From: Chrysomallon squamiferum
Lineage: Eukaryota; Animalia; Mollusca
Reading direction: 5' to 3'
Assembly: GCA_012295275.1 (NCBI GenBank)
Contig: CM022677.1
Location: forward strand, 15,376,001 to 15,440,000
DNA length: 64,000 nt
The position numbers and the translations under genes are program-made. Below the pieces are notes generated by a model. The model worked only from the letters and a program-made list of their open reading frames with translations, had not been told where the DNA came from and made no database searches. The stretch's first letter is position 1, and each line of letters starts with the position of its first letter. Shown one piece after another: positions 28,692 through 43,467 of this stretch.

Positions 28692-29420
28692 TAACAGCAA
28701 AATAACACTAAAAATAGATAACCATTTAATAATAAAGAAAATCATTCAAATTTTTGGTAGTCACATTCAACAGCCATGTACAGAAGATAGTCACATCTTG
28801 TAAAAACTTTTACCAAGCATCACACTGCCTGACAGTCTCATGTTAGAATAAAATATACAAACACTTGAAATACAGATAAAAACCACAGATACTAAAATAC
28901 TGTGTTAAAATCCACTCTCAGTAATAAACATCTCATGAAAGAGTTAGGCCCTGATCAACCATTTAAAACTCACTTTTCACATAATTTTTAAACATCAGTC
29001 AGCCATATTGAAATGTTGCAATCAGCAAATAGTAAAGAAATAAAATCAACATTAGTTACACCTTTCATCATCAAAACCCAAAATCATATTAGTAACAAAC
29101 TAAATAAAAACCTTACCAAACTGAGAATCAACTACTCCACCAATCTAAACACAATCAAAATCAAATATAAAATAAACACAACACTAAACTGTAGCTATGG
29201 AATTTCTGAAACCATGAAACATTACTTATTTCTCTGTCCACATTTTTCCAGTGAACACCTAATGCTACATGACACATTCAATGAATTAAACAATGAATTA
29301 AACATTGAATTTACATTTAAAAACATCTTGATAGCAACGGTGAAAAACTGAGAGCCAAACTTTAATTCAAACAAATAAATAGACACAAATGTTTTACTAA
29401 ATAAATTCAAAAAGATAACA
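27650..29420 (+). mobile_element. Highly decayed, internally deleted LINE ORF2 (I/Nimb-like)
   Basis: Motif remnants in the expected order: LVCLNDDTFT (endonuclease, about 27815), NCDHQ (about 27935), NYRTVTLT (the NYRPISLT equivalent, about 28381), VFIDF (about 28528) and C-terminal LTKLRINYS..LN..CSYGISETMKHYLFLCP (CCHC-type). Confidence 0.7.
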
Positions 29421-30694
29421 TAAAATAGAACAGACACAGGTTAAACAAAAAGCAAATACTCCAAAAGAAAATAATTATATAAATTATTTAATTAATAGAT
29501 TTACTGACTCACCAGCTGATAGATTTGCTGACAGTTTCAGAACATATTTTAAAAGTTCAACATTTTCTTGACACAAGGAAGTAAACTGGTTCTGGCTGGT
29601 TTGGGCTGTTTGGAATGTAAACTTTCTGTACTGACAAATGAAACTGAAGAAGATAATTAGCTTTTTCATAAAAATAAAAATAAAAACAAAATTTAAAATA
29701 ATAAACAAAAACATACTCCAATATAAAAATCAATTAATCTATGAATTAATACAATATCCTTAAAATTATATTTACTCCTTTAAATATGTTTCAGAACTGA
29801 TTCCAGTAAATATCACTTAATGTGTTAGAAAAAGTACACATTATTCAAATGAATTCTTACCCTGTGCAATAGCAGTCTGTTGATACTCCCTCCAAAGTGA
29901 AGATTTAGTCTCACATGTAGACAGTATTTTCAAATTACTCCCTTTGAATCCAGCGACTGATTCAGACAAAATTAATCATAATCTTGATGAACATGCTACA
30001 GAAATTGAACTATCCTTTCTCTGTCTTCACCTGTAAAGGTGTGTGAATTAATTTTCTTCTGCCAGATTTCTTTTCTCTCTCAGAGTTACCCCATTCAGTC
30101 TGCAATGCTTCAATAAAGCTGTGAGTTTGTTCTGACTAATGCTGTAAACAAACAATAAAAGATATAAGCAGACACCAGTACCCCCCCCCAAACACACACA
30201 TCCAAATGTCCTCTATACAAATGAAGGAGAAATTACAAATTAACTGCTGCTTAAACAGGGAAAATACTAATGAAAAAACCATTACAAATTCTCTCTGCAT
30301 TCTTCATTGGAGTGCTTTGAAGAACTCCCAGAAATATCATATCTTTTTCAGCAGAAAAAAAAAAAAAAAAGATCCGAATTCTTATAATACTTATACAGTG
30401 GTAAATTATTTGAAATAACTGTCCTAATTCAGATGACAAAAATTCTTATTTATAAAAATCATTTTAATGAGTCTTGTTTATCCAGATAAAATATATTACA
30501 ACTGATTTGACACTTAAAATGTTCTTATTTCCATAGTTAATTCTATCACAGTCACTAACATGAATAAATAATATTATTTTAGAAAAATTACTTTTTTCTT
30601 CTTCTTCTTATGATTATCTATTACTGACATTTTCAACTTGAGACAAATGTCATACTTTTGAAGCTGATGATTATGCACGTTATGTCAGTAAGCA

Positions 30695-31002
30695 CAAGGC
30701 TGGAAATTAAAAAAAGCAACATTATAGTTGAGTCGCCTAAAAAGTATTTTTTGGATCATCATTTTTTTTCTGTAAGTTATAACACAAGAGCCACTATTAA
30801 TAATTTTGTAGCAAATATGTATGTCACATAAACGATTTGTTCGTAGTTCGATAATTTAAAAGTATCGGCATACCTTAATTTGTCAACATCTAAAATGAAA
30901 TACGAAAATTCTTTATTAATTAAAATCGCCACAAAAATGTAGTCCTAGTTATACAAATCAGCTGGTAAGACATTTTCAAACAAACCTTGACAAAAATGGA
31001 AT

Positions 31003-31055
<53 letters not shown>

Positions 31056-31619
31056 TTATAGTATTAAACGCTTGGATTTTTCAAAAGAAATAAAAATTAA
31101 AGGAAAGCAACGTGAAATGACAGTCAGTAAAGTTTAGCTTGTGAAAACGAAAAACAATAGCAAATACAAGTTATCTTCCATGGTAACTTGTTCCGTTAAC
31201 CAACCGATAATTATTAACGTAACGCTCTAAAAGTTCGCTAAATTTGCTCGTTGGTTTCACTTTAGCCAATTAAAGGTGGAATTGAAAAGGAAAAACAATA
31301 GCAAACAATTAGTTTCAGAGTTATCTCCTGTGTTAACGTGTTCCGTTAACCAACCGATAATCCTTTAACGTACTGTTTATAAATAGATGTTAGCAAATTA
31401 TGTAAGCCGATACGTCCAACTTATGGAACTATGGGCACTCATTTTATTTCGATAAAATTATTATAAAATTATTATCTTGTGTTGTAACTTTTAGCAAAAA
31501 ACAGGTCACCCAAATAATATTTTTTGGGGCGACTAACCATAATATTTCTTACATCCAAATCAACTAAACGGAACCTTGGTCGCATTTGGTGATCTGGCGA
31601 CTGGCCATTTCGAGACCTG
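30695..31619. mobile_element. Non-autonomous hAT-type DNA element (MITE-like)
   Basis: Imperfect TIRs CAAGGCTGGAAAT and ATTTCGAGACCTG (10/13 match), subterminal GTCGCC/GGCGAC motifs, and an internal duplication (about 31151-31220 vs 31292-31371). No clear TSD. Confidence 0.6.
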
Positions 31620-32035
31620 CATAATTATCTCTCATATTAGGAAATCTGTTTGTAATATATAAACTGTTATTTTAATACTGTTTAAATATTTCAGTCAGAA
31701 GATGTGACTAATTGCACCTCAGAAAAATGTCCACAGTTATTGGATTCAAAAGATATAGTGAATACTGAGTACTGTAACAGCTACTGTAACATTTTCAGAT
31801 ACCCAGTCTGATGATCTTCCAGACGACATAGGACATAGACCCCTCTGTCACAGCCGTAACCCAGCATTAAATTCTCCTAAATATCTCCGCGATATGATTA
31901 TCAGTGCTGTTAACCATAAGTGAGAATGTTGATCCAGTGATCAGTTCTCCCCTTCCATTTACTTGTTGTCCTTTTATTGAGACAGAGCAGGATGTGAATC
32001 TGACACCTGATGCAGAAGAGATACTGTATTATTAT

Positions 32036-32080
<45 letters not shown>

Positions 32081-32556
32081 GTCTTTGCAAAGAATAAATA
32101 TTTCGAGCTGATATTATTCTATTGTAAAAATATAGTTTAAGCGCATTTTAGGTATTTTCTCACAACAGAATGTTAGAAGTCGAGTCAAACAGAGAGAGTA
32201 GTAATTTTACATCTCTATAATTACTTCTGAATAGAAGGTGTGGCTGGGATTTGATCTCAAAGCCTGTTAATATTTGGATGATAGCACTCACTGTTAAAAG
32301 ATTTTGTTTGCGTTACTATTGCAGAATGATTAATGACTGACTGTGAGGAAATGTGTCAGTTTATGTAGTGTCTCAGGCAAAAGCCAGAATGTTATTGGTT
32401 TTTTGTACTTTTTCTTTTTGTCCTCATTTTTCTGTTTCACTTATACATGTTTTTTCCTCATTGAAAATCTACGTCACTCCATTTGTTGTTGTTGTTGTTT
32501 GTTGTTTTTTTTGCCATCAGTTTCTTTTTCCTTGGATTATTGTTATTATTATTATT

Positions 32557-32593
<37 letters not shown>

Positions 32594-33262
32594 TTTATAT
32601 TATTCTTATTGTTTTTAATTATTGTTATTACTATTATTATTATTTACTTTTATTACTATTAGTTATTTTTTAAAATAAATATAATTTTTTCCGTTTCTGT
32701 TCTTGCCTCGTTTTTTTCATTATTAATGCATTTTTGAGATAAATTTGAATGAACTTTTATGATTCAATAAACGTCTCTTCTAAAATCTTTGAACACATTT
32801 CCGTAACAGTAATCAAAATATTCCAGTGAAGAAATTTGTGAATGTTGTTTATAATTTTCATTACATACACTTTATTAATCTTGAACTCAGTAGTCTCAGA
32901 AAATCTGTGCTGTGTTGGTTAAACAAGTGCACACTTCAGCATCAAACCTGTCTCTGAAAATATATCCTTTTTCATAGAACATGATTATTGTAAACACTCA
33001 TGTGAAAACAACTGTGATTTCTTCAAGTGAGGATAATGTAAATTCTCTTAACCCACTTGATCGCTGACTCTAAATCATAAAACAAAAGACTTGAATTGAT
33101 ATAAGGAACATGTTTTTATTAGTTTACGTAAATTTCGATAAAAATATTGAGTCCTTTTTTCACATGCGCAGTTTACAAAAGGCATTTTTCTTACACATTC
33201 ATATTCACAAAATTAATTTAAATAGGATCATTTAACATTTTTATACAGACAGATACATATGG

Positions 33263-33298
<36 letters not shown>

Positions 33299-33742
33299 CT
33301 ACACACACACACACACAGATTGCCCATATACATTTTCCTCCTATATTTTTCGGTGATAATGCTTTTAGAATTAATGTTTGGTCTTTATTCAGAAACCTGA
33401 AAAACGCCTTCAGCTAACAATACGGCCGTTTTTACGACGAAACCGAGATTGAGAGAAATGTTTTAACGTTTGTTATGAATTTACCAGTCCTCTGATCAAA
33501 AACAATTCTGGGCCTCAGAGAAAGGAAATATTTTATTATAACCTATATTAACGTTGTTTTTTGATAATTTCATATTTTGAATAATTTTGTAAAGTTAACG
33601 TAAGCTAGAAGCTTAATATCTCCGCTTCACATCTAAATATGAATATCCTCTTGAGACATTTATATTAATATTAAAATTATGCTGATGTTGTTAAAATTTT
33701 ATTTTTTATTATTGGTACAATTAGTGTACAGTTATCAAACAA

Positions 33743-33777
<35 letters not shown>

Positions 33778-35098
33778 ATATTTTTTCGGTAATGTTGTTA
33801 GGTTCTCAAGTCAATATACTAATAGTAAAAGTGAAGCTGTAATATTAAGGCGGTACATTTTTTTTCAAGATTAATGTCCTTATCGTATACTGAACAATTA
33901 TGGTCTTTATTAATACTATATTTATTATTGTATTGATATTATTGAAAATTAACTGTGCACCTTTCAGTGTCACAATGTGATAGTTTGTTTTATGACAGCA
34001 GTAACATGACATTCCGCGACACAATTTACATCTCTCCCTACATGAAATTACATGATTAATCTAAAATTCAAATTTATCAAATTATGTAATTAAGAATATA
34101 TCAGATTTTTTTTTTAAACACTGAGAAAAGTAAGTTAATCTAGAATGAAATTCCATGTTTATTTAATAATTTAACTGATAATCTCTAATTAATGTAACTT
34201 TAATTTCTCATATAAATAATACAGACGTTATAAAACTTGCGTCTTATTTTGTTATCGATGGGTAACATTATCTGTGAGAACAGCAATATTCTTTAGTTAA
34301 ATGTGGTTTTATAAAAGTTCACGATTTCCCATGTAATTTATGTTATAAATAAATCAGTTTATTATTATTATTATCATTATTATATACTTTTTTAAAAAGA
34401 AGTATTTAGTTTTTATCTCGACAGAAACAATACACTAAGAATAAATCTGATTTCTCTGATAACTTTACGAGGCCTAATAAAAAATTTGAAGTAATTTTTA
34501 TATCCGCACTCAGAACAATTCTAATGAAACTAAGAGAATAGCGTCAGACATATACAGGAAGCTTCCGTTTTTACAGAAAAATAAAAATATTAAGGTGTTA
34601 TTACTGTTGTTGTTATTTAGCTGTTGACAAATATGGTGTCTGCTTCACTGACTCATTGATAATTATATATCAACCAGATAAAAATAACGTAGTGTTTTTA
34701 TTAAGAAAATACACTATTTACATTGATAATTTTACGGTGCTTAATTTTTACACGTCATCACTGACTAACTAGTATTACATGTTATTAGCTTGATCCACGG
34801 ATTATACTGAATGGTTGGAGTCACCGCTACTCTCTAACTATGAACGTTCTGTGTAACACAATGTAACTAAACTACCGCATAAACTACTACAGAAATAGTT
34901 GACACGTTATTAAAATGTATTTTTGTAACTCAGTGGTAAAAGTATCAGTGCAAATAGCGTTATCCTTAAGTAAAACTGACAGCTTATTTTTACTTGTTTA
35001 TAATTATATGATTTATAGTGTAAATAGCGGTATCCTTAATTAAAAATATCGCCTTATTTTTTTATTAACTGAATACAAACTATGACAGGGTCATATCA

Positions 35099-35100
<2 letters not shown>

Positions 35101-35180
<80 letters not shown>
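35101..35180. repeat. (CT)n microsatellite
   Basis: Direct reading. Confidence 0.95.
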
Positions 35181-35184
<4 letters not shown>

Positions 35185-37875
35185 ACATCTGTCATTGCAT
35201 CCGTCCATTGTCATTAAGTTATATTTTGTTAAAGTGAATATAATTTTCTATTCGAGAAAATCAAAAATAAATATGATTTATGTGATAATGTTTTTAGCAC
35301 GATTTATAGACGTAAGAGATTATTGTAAAGAGACGGACAGGACGTCTCTCGGTGGCCTTGAACAACGTAGACCTTCCCGTTGTAATTAAACATAGATTAC
35401 TGGTGATAAAAGAAAACAGCTACCGAAATCTCTTTGTCTATAGCCCAGTTTGCATTCATTATTTCCAATTCTTTTTCTAAGGTTGATTAAAAATAATGCT
35501 CATAATTACAGATCTATTACATTTCTAAGTTGTCTTGTAAAGCTTCTCAAATAACAGCTGGAGTTTAAATAACAACAGCTTAAATAACAACAGTACTAGC
35601 AATAAATCTTGCTTAAAACCAACTTTGTATATGACTGTGCGTGCAAACATTGACGGTAGTTACAAATATTATAAACGTTGGGTTTGATCTTTTCTGAAAT
35701 ATGTCTAGTCCACATATTTATATTTCCCGCCAAACTTCTACGTCACTGGAAATCTTTAGTTGAAAATTATTTCGTCATTTTTACACTGAAATCAATGTGA
35801 AAAACACAATCGTTTTGAAGAAAACTATACCTTATTTTAGTAGTTTTTAATCAAATCCTTTTTTCGCAAAGGTTTCCACGCTTTTCTATTTTACTGCTTT
35901 GCTGAATTAAACTAATGATATCTAACAATTTTCTCAATATTAATATAGGCAGTCGAAATCAGTCTAGTCAGCCACACGGAACTCTTTGTTTTCTTAAGTA
36001 CATATCTTTTTCACTTTCCTGTTTGTTGTATTTATAACAAAAATAAATGTTAGCTTAGGTATCTGTGTGTGTGTGCGTCGTTTTTATTATTTTATTGTTG
36101 TTGTTTTTCTTTATTATTTTTTAATTTTAATATAAAGCTACCGAATTAAAATCACAACAGAAAAACTGCTAAACATCTTGATAAAGGTGAGACAAGAATC
36201 ATTTATTTTTATTATTATTTGAATTTATTTAATTTGAAATTGTCTCAAATGTCTGAAATGCCGTCAGTGTTTGGCAAAAATGGAAAAGAAAAACAAAGAG
36301 GAATAAAAAGACGCCCACAAACATAAATCAGAACAGTGACATGGCTCATCCTAGGATGTCACCAAACAATTTTTGTTATGATAAAATTATTTAAAAGATG
36401 TTTGTATAGAGGTGAACTAAGTATGCGTTATTTTGTATACGTCTTTGAATGAAAAAGAACCAAATAATAAACTTTTGCTTTTAAAAATACGTTAGTAAGT
36501 TTTCATCAGAGTATCTTAGATACGCCTGTCTTTTTAGTTCATATTTGTCTTTTAGAACCAATTCATCCAAGAAAACGAAAACGCAAGGTAAATTAAAAAC
36601 GACGTTAAAATAATCTTTTAAATTTTACCTTTAAAAATAACAATTCAGAAATATGTTTTAAATGTTTGTTGTTTTTTTGGTAAAAGAAAGTAATAGTAAT
36701 GATAGTAGATATGAAAGACGTATACAGATAATAAAATGATGAGAATTCGATTTAAACACTGGAATGATATTTACATTATGAAAAATTAGAATGTAATTTG
36801 ATAGTCGATGCTATCTACAAAGACATATTGTTTGCATCTACATCCAGTGATTATGAATTATAAAGGTTTTATTTATTTATTTATTTATTTATTTTTAAAC
36901 TTTTCTACCCATTTGAAAAGTTTTAATATGTTCTTTTCTTCATTTGTACACGATGTATACCGCTGTCAGATTAGCTTTTTTTTTTTTCTTTTTTGTCAAT
37001 TTTTATATATTTTAATAAAAATGTTAATTTTAAACGTTTATCATACTTTATTTCACAGTGACCATTGTAGTAAAGTAGAAAAAGGAGTATTTATAAGTTA
37101 ATTTTTTTAATTAATTTGTTCCTGTGTGTTTTATGACAGCATTGACTGTCTGAGCACACTGAGGTGGAGAAACATTTCCCTAGTCACCTCCTTTACTCCT
37201 TTTTATCTTTACAGACGCTAACACAATAGAAATATGCTGTAATAAAATCGTTTATCATTGTTAATCTTCATGTATTTAGTCATTTCATAGCCTAACAATA
37301 TAAATGTGTTTGTCTCGACTCATTATTTCATTACATTGTGTCACGTTTCTCTTGATTCACTTTAACCACTCTTTAATACAGTTTTAAACAGACACGCACA
37401 CACACGCACACACATTAATATTAATAATCAAAAGAAATGTTACCACAGTTCAATTGAAATTTCACAAATATATTAAAACATATTTACTTTCATATGTTTT
37501 TATTTAACATTTCAACACGCCAGGATTATTTGTTGTTTTAACGCACACCCAGTTTTCATATATGAGACACCTTACCCAGACTACACAGTTTAAAATGTGA
37601 GTTCTAAGCTTTGTGATTTTATTTGGTGTATTAACAAATAAATTAAGAAGAAGAAAGAAAAGGTAGGGAGGCGGAAATAACAACACCGTTTATTTGACAA
37701 AAGAACCATATCGATTTATAATTCGTATATTTTAATAAAGGTTATTATATTCCTTTATTTGTTTTATTTGCATTGCATTTTTGTTGGTATAGTAGTTGCG
37801 GAAAAATGCGGGATGATTGCCGGTGTTTAGGGATTTACTGTTTTGTTTGATGTTCGAAGAATCTTACACAAAATT

Positions 37876-37898
37876 GTCACGTGATGGAAGCCATCTTG
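37876..37898 (-). promoter_or_regulatory. Adjacent E-box (GTCACGTGA) and YY1-like (CAAGATGGC on minus) motifs
   Basis: Motif match only, in a locally CpG-richer patch; a minus-strand donor GG|GTAAG lies at about 37575. Confidence 0.25.
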
Positions 37899-39419
37899 TT
37901 CGAGAACAATAATTATATATACATGAAAAATATACAATGTCAGAACGTTTGTAGATAATCAGATATAAATCTGGAAACTAGAAGCCTTCAGCTGTTATTC
38001 AATATTACATATATATATATAAAGTTCATAGTTTTAGAGTTCGAATTTAAAGTAACAATGGATTCTCTAAACAGCATCATGACTGAGAGAACAAGCAGAA
38101 ATGATCTCCTTTAGAGAAGACGAAACAAAATTTCTTTTCCTAAAATCTGAATATTTCCACATTGGTTGATTGATGTATAAGATACAACGTGAACTAAAAC
38201 TGGATACAACTGAAATCTGTCATGTTGACTTATGTCTTCAACACAGTGAGATCTTCTAAAAAAAACAAAAAAAAACAACATTTTAATATGAAATTAAGTG
38301 GAGTCATTGTTGTATTTTAGGCAATATTGTAATCTGTTTTCTATCTTTTACATTGATTCATACAAAGACTTGCAGAGTATTCAAATATAAGGAAGATATT
38401 TATCAATTTACCTAAATCTTATGTAAAGCTGTCTCTATGCTGCTGCAAAGGTCAATTCATTTTTGTAATCTTAATTTCCTTCCTTGAAAGGGTTTTCCTC
38501 AGTTGTGTTTCTGTTTTGCTATTATTTTCTAAAAAACCAAATATCATGATGTATTATATATATCTTCAGCTTCATTTTACTATTCGTTTCTAGATATGTG
38601 AACTTTTGATAAACAATTGAGAAATATTTTCGAGTAATTTTAATCTCCTTTTTATTTATTTATTTATTTTTTGTCTTTGTATAGTTATAAGTTATATATT
38701 TTAAAAGATAACTATATTTTTGAAAATACTATTACACAGCTGCTAAATAAAATTATATAATAATTTCAATGAAAAGCAAAATATAACTGATTACTCTGTT
38801 GACTGATCAATAAAAATTCAACTAAATTACTCAAAAATTACTCCAAAGTATATATAGAATAATTAAAAAAAAAGAAAATCAAAAAGCATTTCAAGAAAGT
38901 AATATTCTACCATTACCTGTATATAATAAAGAAGTCAGCTCTTCGTGATTCTTAGAATCTACATTTAACTGAAAAAAACCATAAATAACAAACACCGCAA
39001 ATAAAAGTAGAAATCCAGCCTCCCCCCGAAATAAAAAATTATATGAGAGTAATCTCCCTTCAGCTGTAGTTTCTTTCTTCTGTTTGTGGGTTTCTCGGTG
39101 TACGTCATTGCACACCACAGAAAATCGCTGATAACGAAACGTCGTATATAGCTGTATAATGAGTAATAAATGTAAATGTGTAGGTACGTTCCAGGAATAT
39201 CATATAAACAATATACCGTATCTATTAATATGTGATAAATAAGTAAAATATAAACAACAAAAATAAATACAGTGGACGCTGTCAAAATCGGATGATTCAT
39301 TGAGACCAACCTGATATACCGTTTTAGACAGAGTGCAGATTTCTAAAGACTAAAATAACATAAAACTGGAATATTTTATTATTTCAAATGTTAATGGTCT
39401 ATCAGTTGTCAGAGGATGA

Positions 39420-39563
39420 AAAGTCTGTCATTGATGACTCCTACGTGAAACTGATGTACGTGAAATTATCAGTAGTTTTTAATGAAGCAAAATAGAGGAA
39501 AATATTATAAAACATGACGTCATTTTCACTCAGTATCAATTTATAATATAAACGTCGCTGGTT
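39420..39563. repeat. Local duplication, matches about 41525-41628
   Basis: GTGAAATTATCAGTA...TCAGTATCAATTTAT.ATATAAACGTCGCTGGTT is present in both; this copy runs into the gap. Confidence 0.85.
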
Positions 39564-39763
39564 NNNNNNNNNNNNNNNNNNNNNNNNNNNNNNNNNNNNN
39601 NNNNNNNNNNNNNNNNNNNNNNNNNNNNNNNNNNNNNNNNNNNNNNNNNNNNNNNNNNNNNNNNNNNNNNNNNNNNNNNNNNNNNNNNNNNNNNNNNNNN
39701 NNNNNNNNNNNNNNNNNNNNNNNNNNNNNNNNNNNNNNNNNNNNNNNNNNNNNNNNNNNNNNN
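39564..39763. other. Assembly gap (200 N)
   Basis: Run of N with a round-number length, typical of a scaffolding spacer. Confidence 0.99.
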
Positions 39764-40137
39764 TGAATGTAGTATCAGAATTTGATTTTTAAACTTCAAG
39801 GAGACAGGTACTGTTGTACGACATTTCAGGATTAAATAGAAAATTAGACTTTTAGACAAAAAGTGAAGATTAATTACAGGCTGATGGTATGAATCAACAT
39901 ACACCTTTTAAAAGTGAAATGCTTGATCGCTTTAAATTAATGTGGTTTACACAACATATTTAACAAATATTGTAAAACGTAAAGACTACAAGACAGAGAC
40001 AGGTGAGATACATTTTATTATCTGTAAGTATAGTCTTCTAGAGTCACAACGGTTACATTAACAAGTTGAGTATAAAATATATTAATGTGAGTACTGTTGT
40101 GTAAATGAATAAACTTAGTTTCATCTAAAATAATGTT

Positions 40138-40187
<50 letters not shown>

Positions 40188-41216
40188 TTTATTAAGGAAT
40201 TCTTCATTTTATTTGTCAGAATAACTGTTGTGACTCTACAAGCCTTCTCTCCATCTGCAATCTTAATACACTATCCAGAGATACTCGTATTTTCCTGTAA
40301 TATATAATCAATACATTGTGAGAAAAAAAAAAGTAATAATAATAATAACACACATATACTCACACAATTCCTTAGTTGTTATTAAAGTTTAAAAAAATGT
40401 TTATCACTTAACCTGTTCTATAATTCTCGATTTACACTGATTCTACATTCTGTCATATTAACTGCGCTCCTACTAAAGATGATTTTTTTTATTTATTTTT
40501 CATAAATAAAAATGAAATATTCACTTTATTTATACGGCGTTATTTGATTTTAATAACCTTTTCCAGCAGTATCACCTTTCTTTTCTGTATTCAATAGTGG
40601 TTAAATACAAAATGTTTGACATTATATAGCGCCGTGTTTCACAATAATATGTGGGGTAAGTAACAGAAAGCAACATTGCGCCGTTTCTTAAACTAAATTT
40701 TGATAACCTTGACATAGTCGAAAAAGAACATTTTATTTTCAGTTACAGCACAGAACATTTTATTAAAAACGGCGTGAACTTGATAATAAGAATACTTTTC
40801 TGCAGATGACAGGTAGCTGTCTGACTTTTCCTATTGTTAATAGAAAAGTATATCAATTAATTTTCTGAAAGTAAATATTTTTACTATAAAATAAGAATAT
40901 AATTACCAAGATATTCAGTTTTGCACGTAATAAAAAGAAATAACGGAGAAGTCTTTAAAAAGGGAAATTTTTAATGTATTTTCACTCAGTCATTCTGTAT
41001 TTTATATATATTTATCTATTATTATTATTATTATTATTGTATTCAGAGGTGATCTAGTACAATGAAATATTAAATTTCGAGGTAAACTACCAAAATTCTT
41101 GACATTTTAAGTTTGTTTTGATAATGACGTGTAAAAAGATCAGTGTTAAACGGCAGTACAGTTATTATAAGATTCAGGTAATTTTCGCTCATTGTCTCAA
41201 TTTATTCCTGTAAACT

Positions 41217-41279
41217 GCTGGTAGTAAATTAAAACGTAAATTCTGTCCAGCGTTCTCAAATTATCTTCAGAAAACTACG
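41217..41279. repeat. Local duplication, matches about 42245-42306
   Basis: GCTGGTA.TAAAT.AAAACGTAAATTCTGTC.AGC..TCTCAAATTATCTTCAGAAAACTAC is present in both. Confidence 0.85.
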
Positions 41280-42869
41280 CTCCTAGAAACTAAATATGAT
41301 ATTTATGTCATTAATTCTCGAATATAAATTGCTGAGATTCCATTAAGGTAGCAGCTAGGTTTTAAAGTTATACTATTCTGTTCTTTACAAAATATTTTTA
41401 AAGTTTTGTAGAAGACGTATGGATAGGCATGTTGTTGTTGTTTTTTTGTGTTTTTTTACGATATAACTTATAAATTATAATATTAATACAGTAGACATCT
41501 CCTAGTAGAATAAAATGTAACTGTAAGTGAAATTATCAGTATTGTTTATGATGCAAAATAGAGGTAAAACAGTAAAACATCACATTATTGTCATTCAGTA
41601 TCAATTTATGATATAAACGTCGCTGGTTTTATGTATAAAACGTGAATTACGTCGCGTAATTGTTTTGCAAAATCAAATTCTGTGATTCAAGTAAAGTGTA
41701 ACTTCTCACGTGTTCAGTATTAATTTTTTATTTTTTTTATTTTTTTTTTTGTAGAGATGAAACTGTAACTCAGTTTAAGAGAAAAATATTGTCACAATAG
41801 AGTGGCTTCCCCTGTATATCTAGTCATTAAGTTATTTATTTCTGAATTTACAACTCCAACGCTGAATGCCACTATATAATTAACAGGTCAGATCCATATA
41901 AAAGTAATATTTGATTAACAGCAGAACAGATTTCACTAAAAAGCTCTGAATGATGCTGAAAACTGAGCTTTTAGTTTATAAGAATCCATTCATTTTTGTT
42001 GATAATACGTTGATAATAAATGATGTCAACGTGAGCGCAGTTTTCAAGATTATTCTTGAAAAGCCGATGATATTCCTTTAGCTGGATCCTAGATTATATT
42101 GACAGTTTATATATATATATATATATATTTGTTATGATGCAAATGAAAGATGAACGTAATAAAATATCGATGTAAGCAGTGTTTTTTTTTACTAAGATGG
42201 AACGTAATTTCCGCTCAGTCTGTTTAGTCGTATCAGCTGCACAGCTGGTAATAAATAAAAACGTAAATTCTGTCGAGCAGTCTCAAATTATCTTCAGAAA
42301 ACTACCAAATTAAATATGATATTATACACAGAAATTAAAGATTAACTGGTATAATATTGATTACCATATTTAAAAATATGGTTTATTTGAAAGGCCCTCT
42401 GTATTTCTCAACAACAAAAATATATATATAAATAAATAAATATATAAATAAATAAATAAATAAATACATGTATAGTTTTATAAAATTTGTTTTAGAGAGC
42501 CATGAAAAGATATTATTAGTAGTAAACAATTAAAAAAAAAAAAAAAACATTAAGCTTATCGAGCAGCGCAGTTTATAAACCAAAATGTAGAATTGAATTT
42601 ATTTCAAATTCTTCACCTTTTCCTGTATTTTTTATTTAACAGTGTCTTCGCCTCGGAAACTTGTTTTACGTGGTAGACTGTAAAACTGATGACATAATCG
42701 AGATGCACAAAGATATAGATAGAACAATAATAATAATAATAGTTTGGACTGTTCAAAGAAAGAAGCAGGCGGTGACAGAAAAATTATTAAAGCTGTGGAA
42801 TTCATGGATTGACAGAGAAACACACGAACAGATGTGGGTATACGTATTGGCTGTTAGAAAAAGAAAATG

Positions 42870-42911
<42 letters not shown>

Positions 42912-43427
42912 CAAGTTGTGTATGAGTGTATGTGTGTATATGTGTACTGAAGGAAATTATAATTTTTGTGTTATCTGAGGCATGGGTATGTACGAGAAAT
43001 CGACATAGATACAGACAGATAGACAGATGTGAATGAGTTGGTACTTACATGTTATCTGTGAGAAAGAGTTAAAGTGTTTGTAGTCAAATAACTGCTGCAT
43101 GTGAAAGACAGTGTCCTTGTTTATGTAAAAGTAAATACAAGTTCCAAGTGTTTTGATTGTTGTTGTCTTTTCAAAAAACCCAAGAAAAATGAGATAAAAA
43201 TAGAGATAAAAAACAGAATTATTAATTGGATTATTTCAATGATTTATTCTTATATTATTGTCTTGATTTTGAATTATTTTTATTGACATTAAAAATATTT
43301 GTAGATAGCTGAAATTAATCAGATTAAAAAAAATAATTTTAGCACCAAATATTAAAACCAAGTCTTTTTTAAAATAGATTTGCAGTCATTTTTATTTTAA
43401 ATAAATGAAAATGAAATTATGTATGTC

Positions 43428-43467
<40 letters not shown>

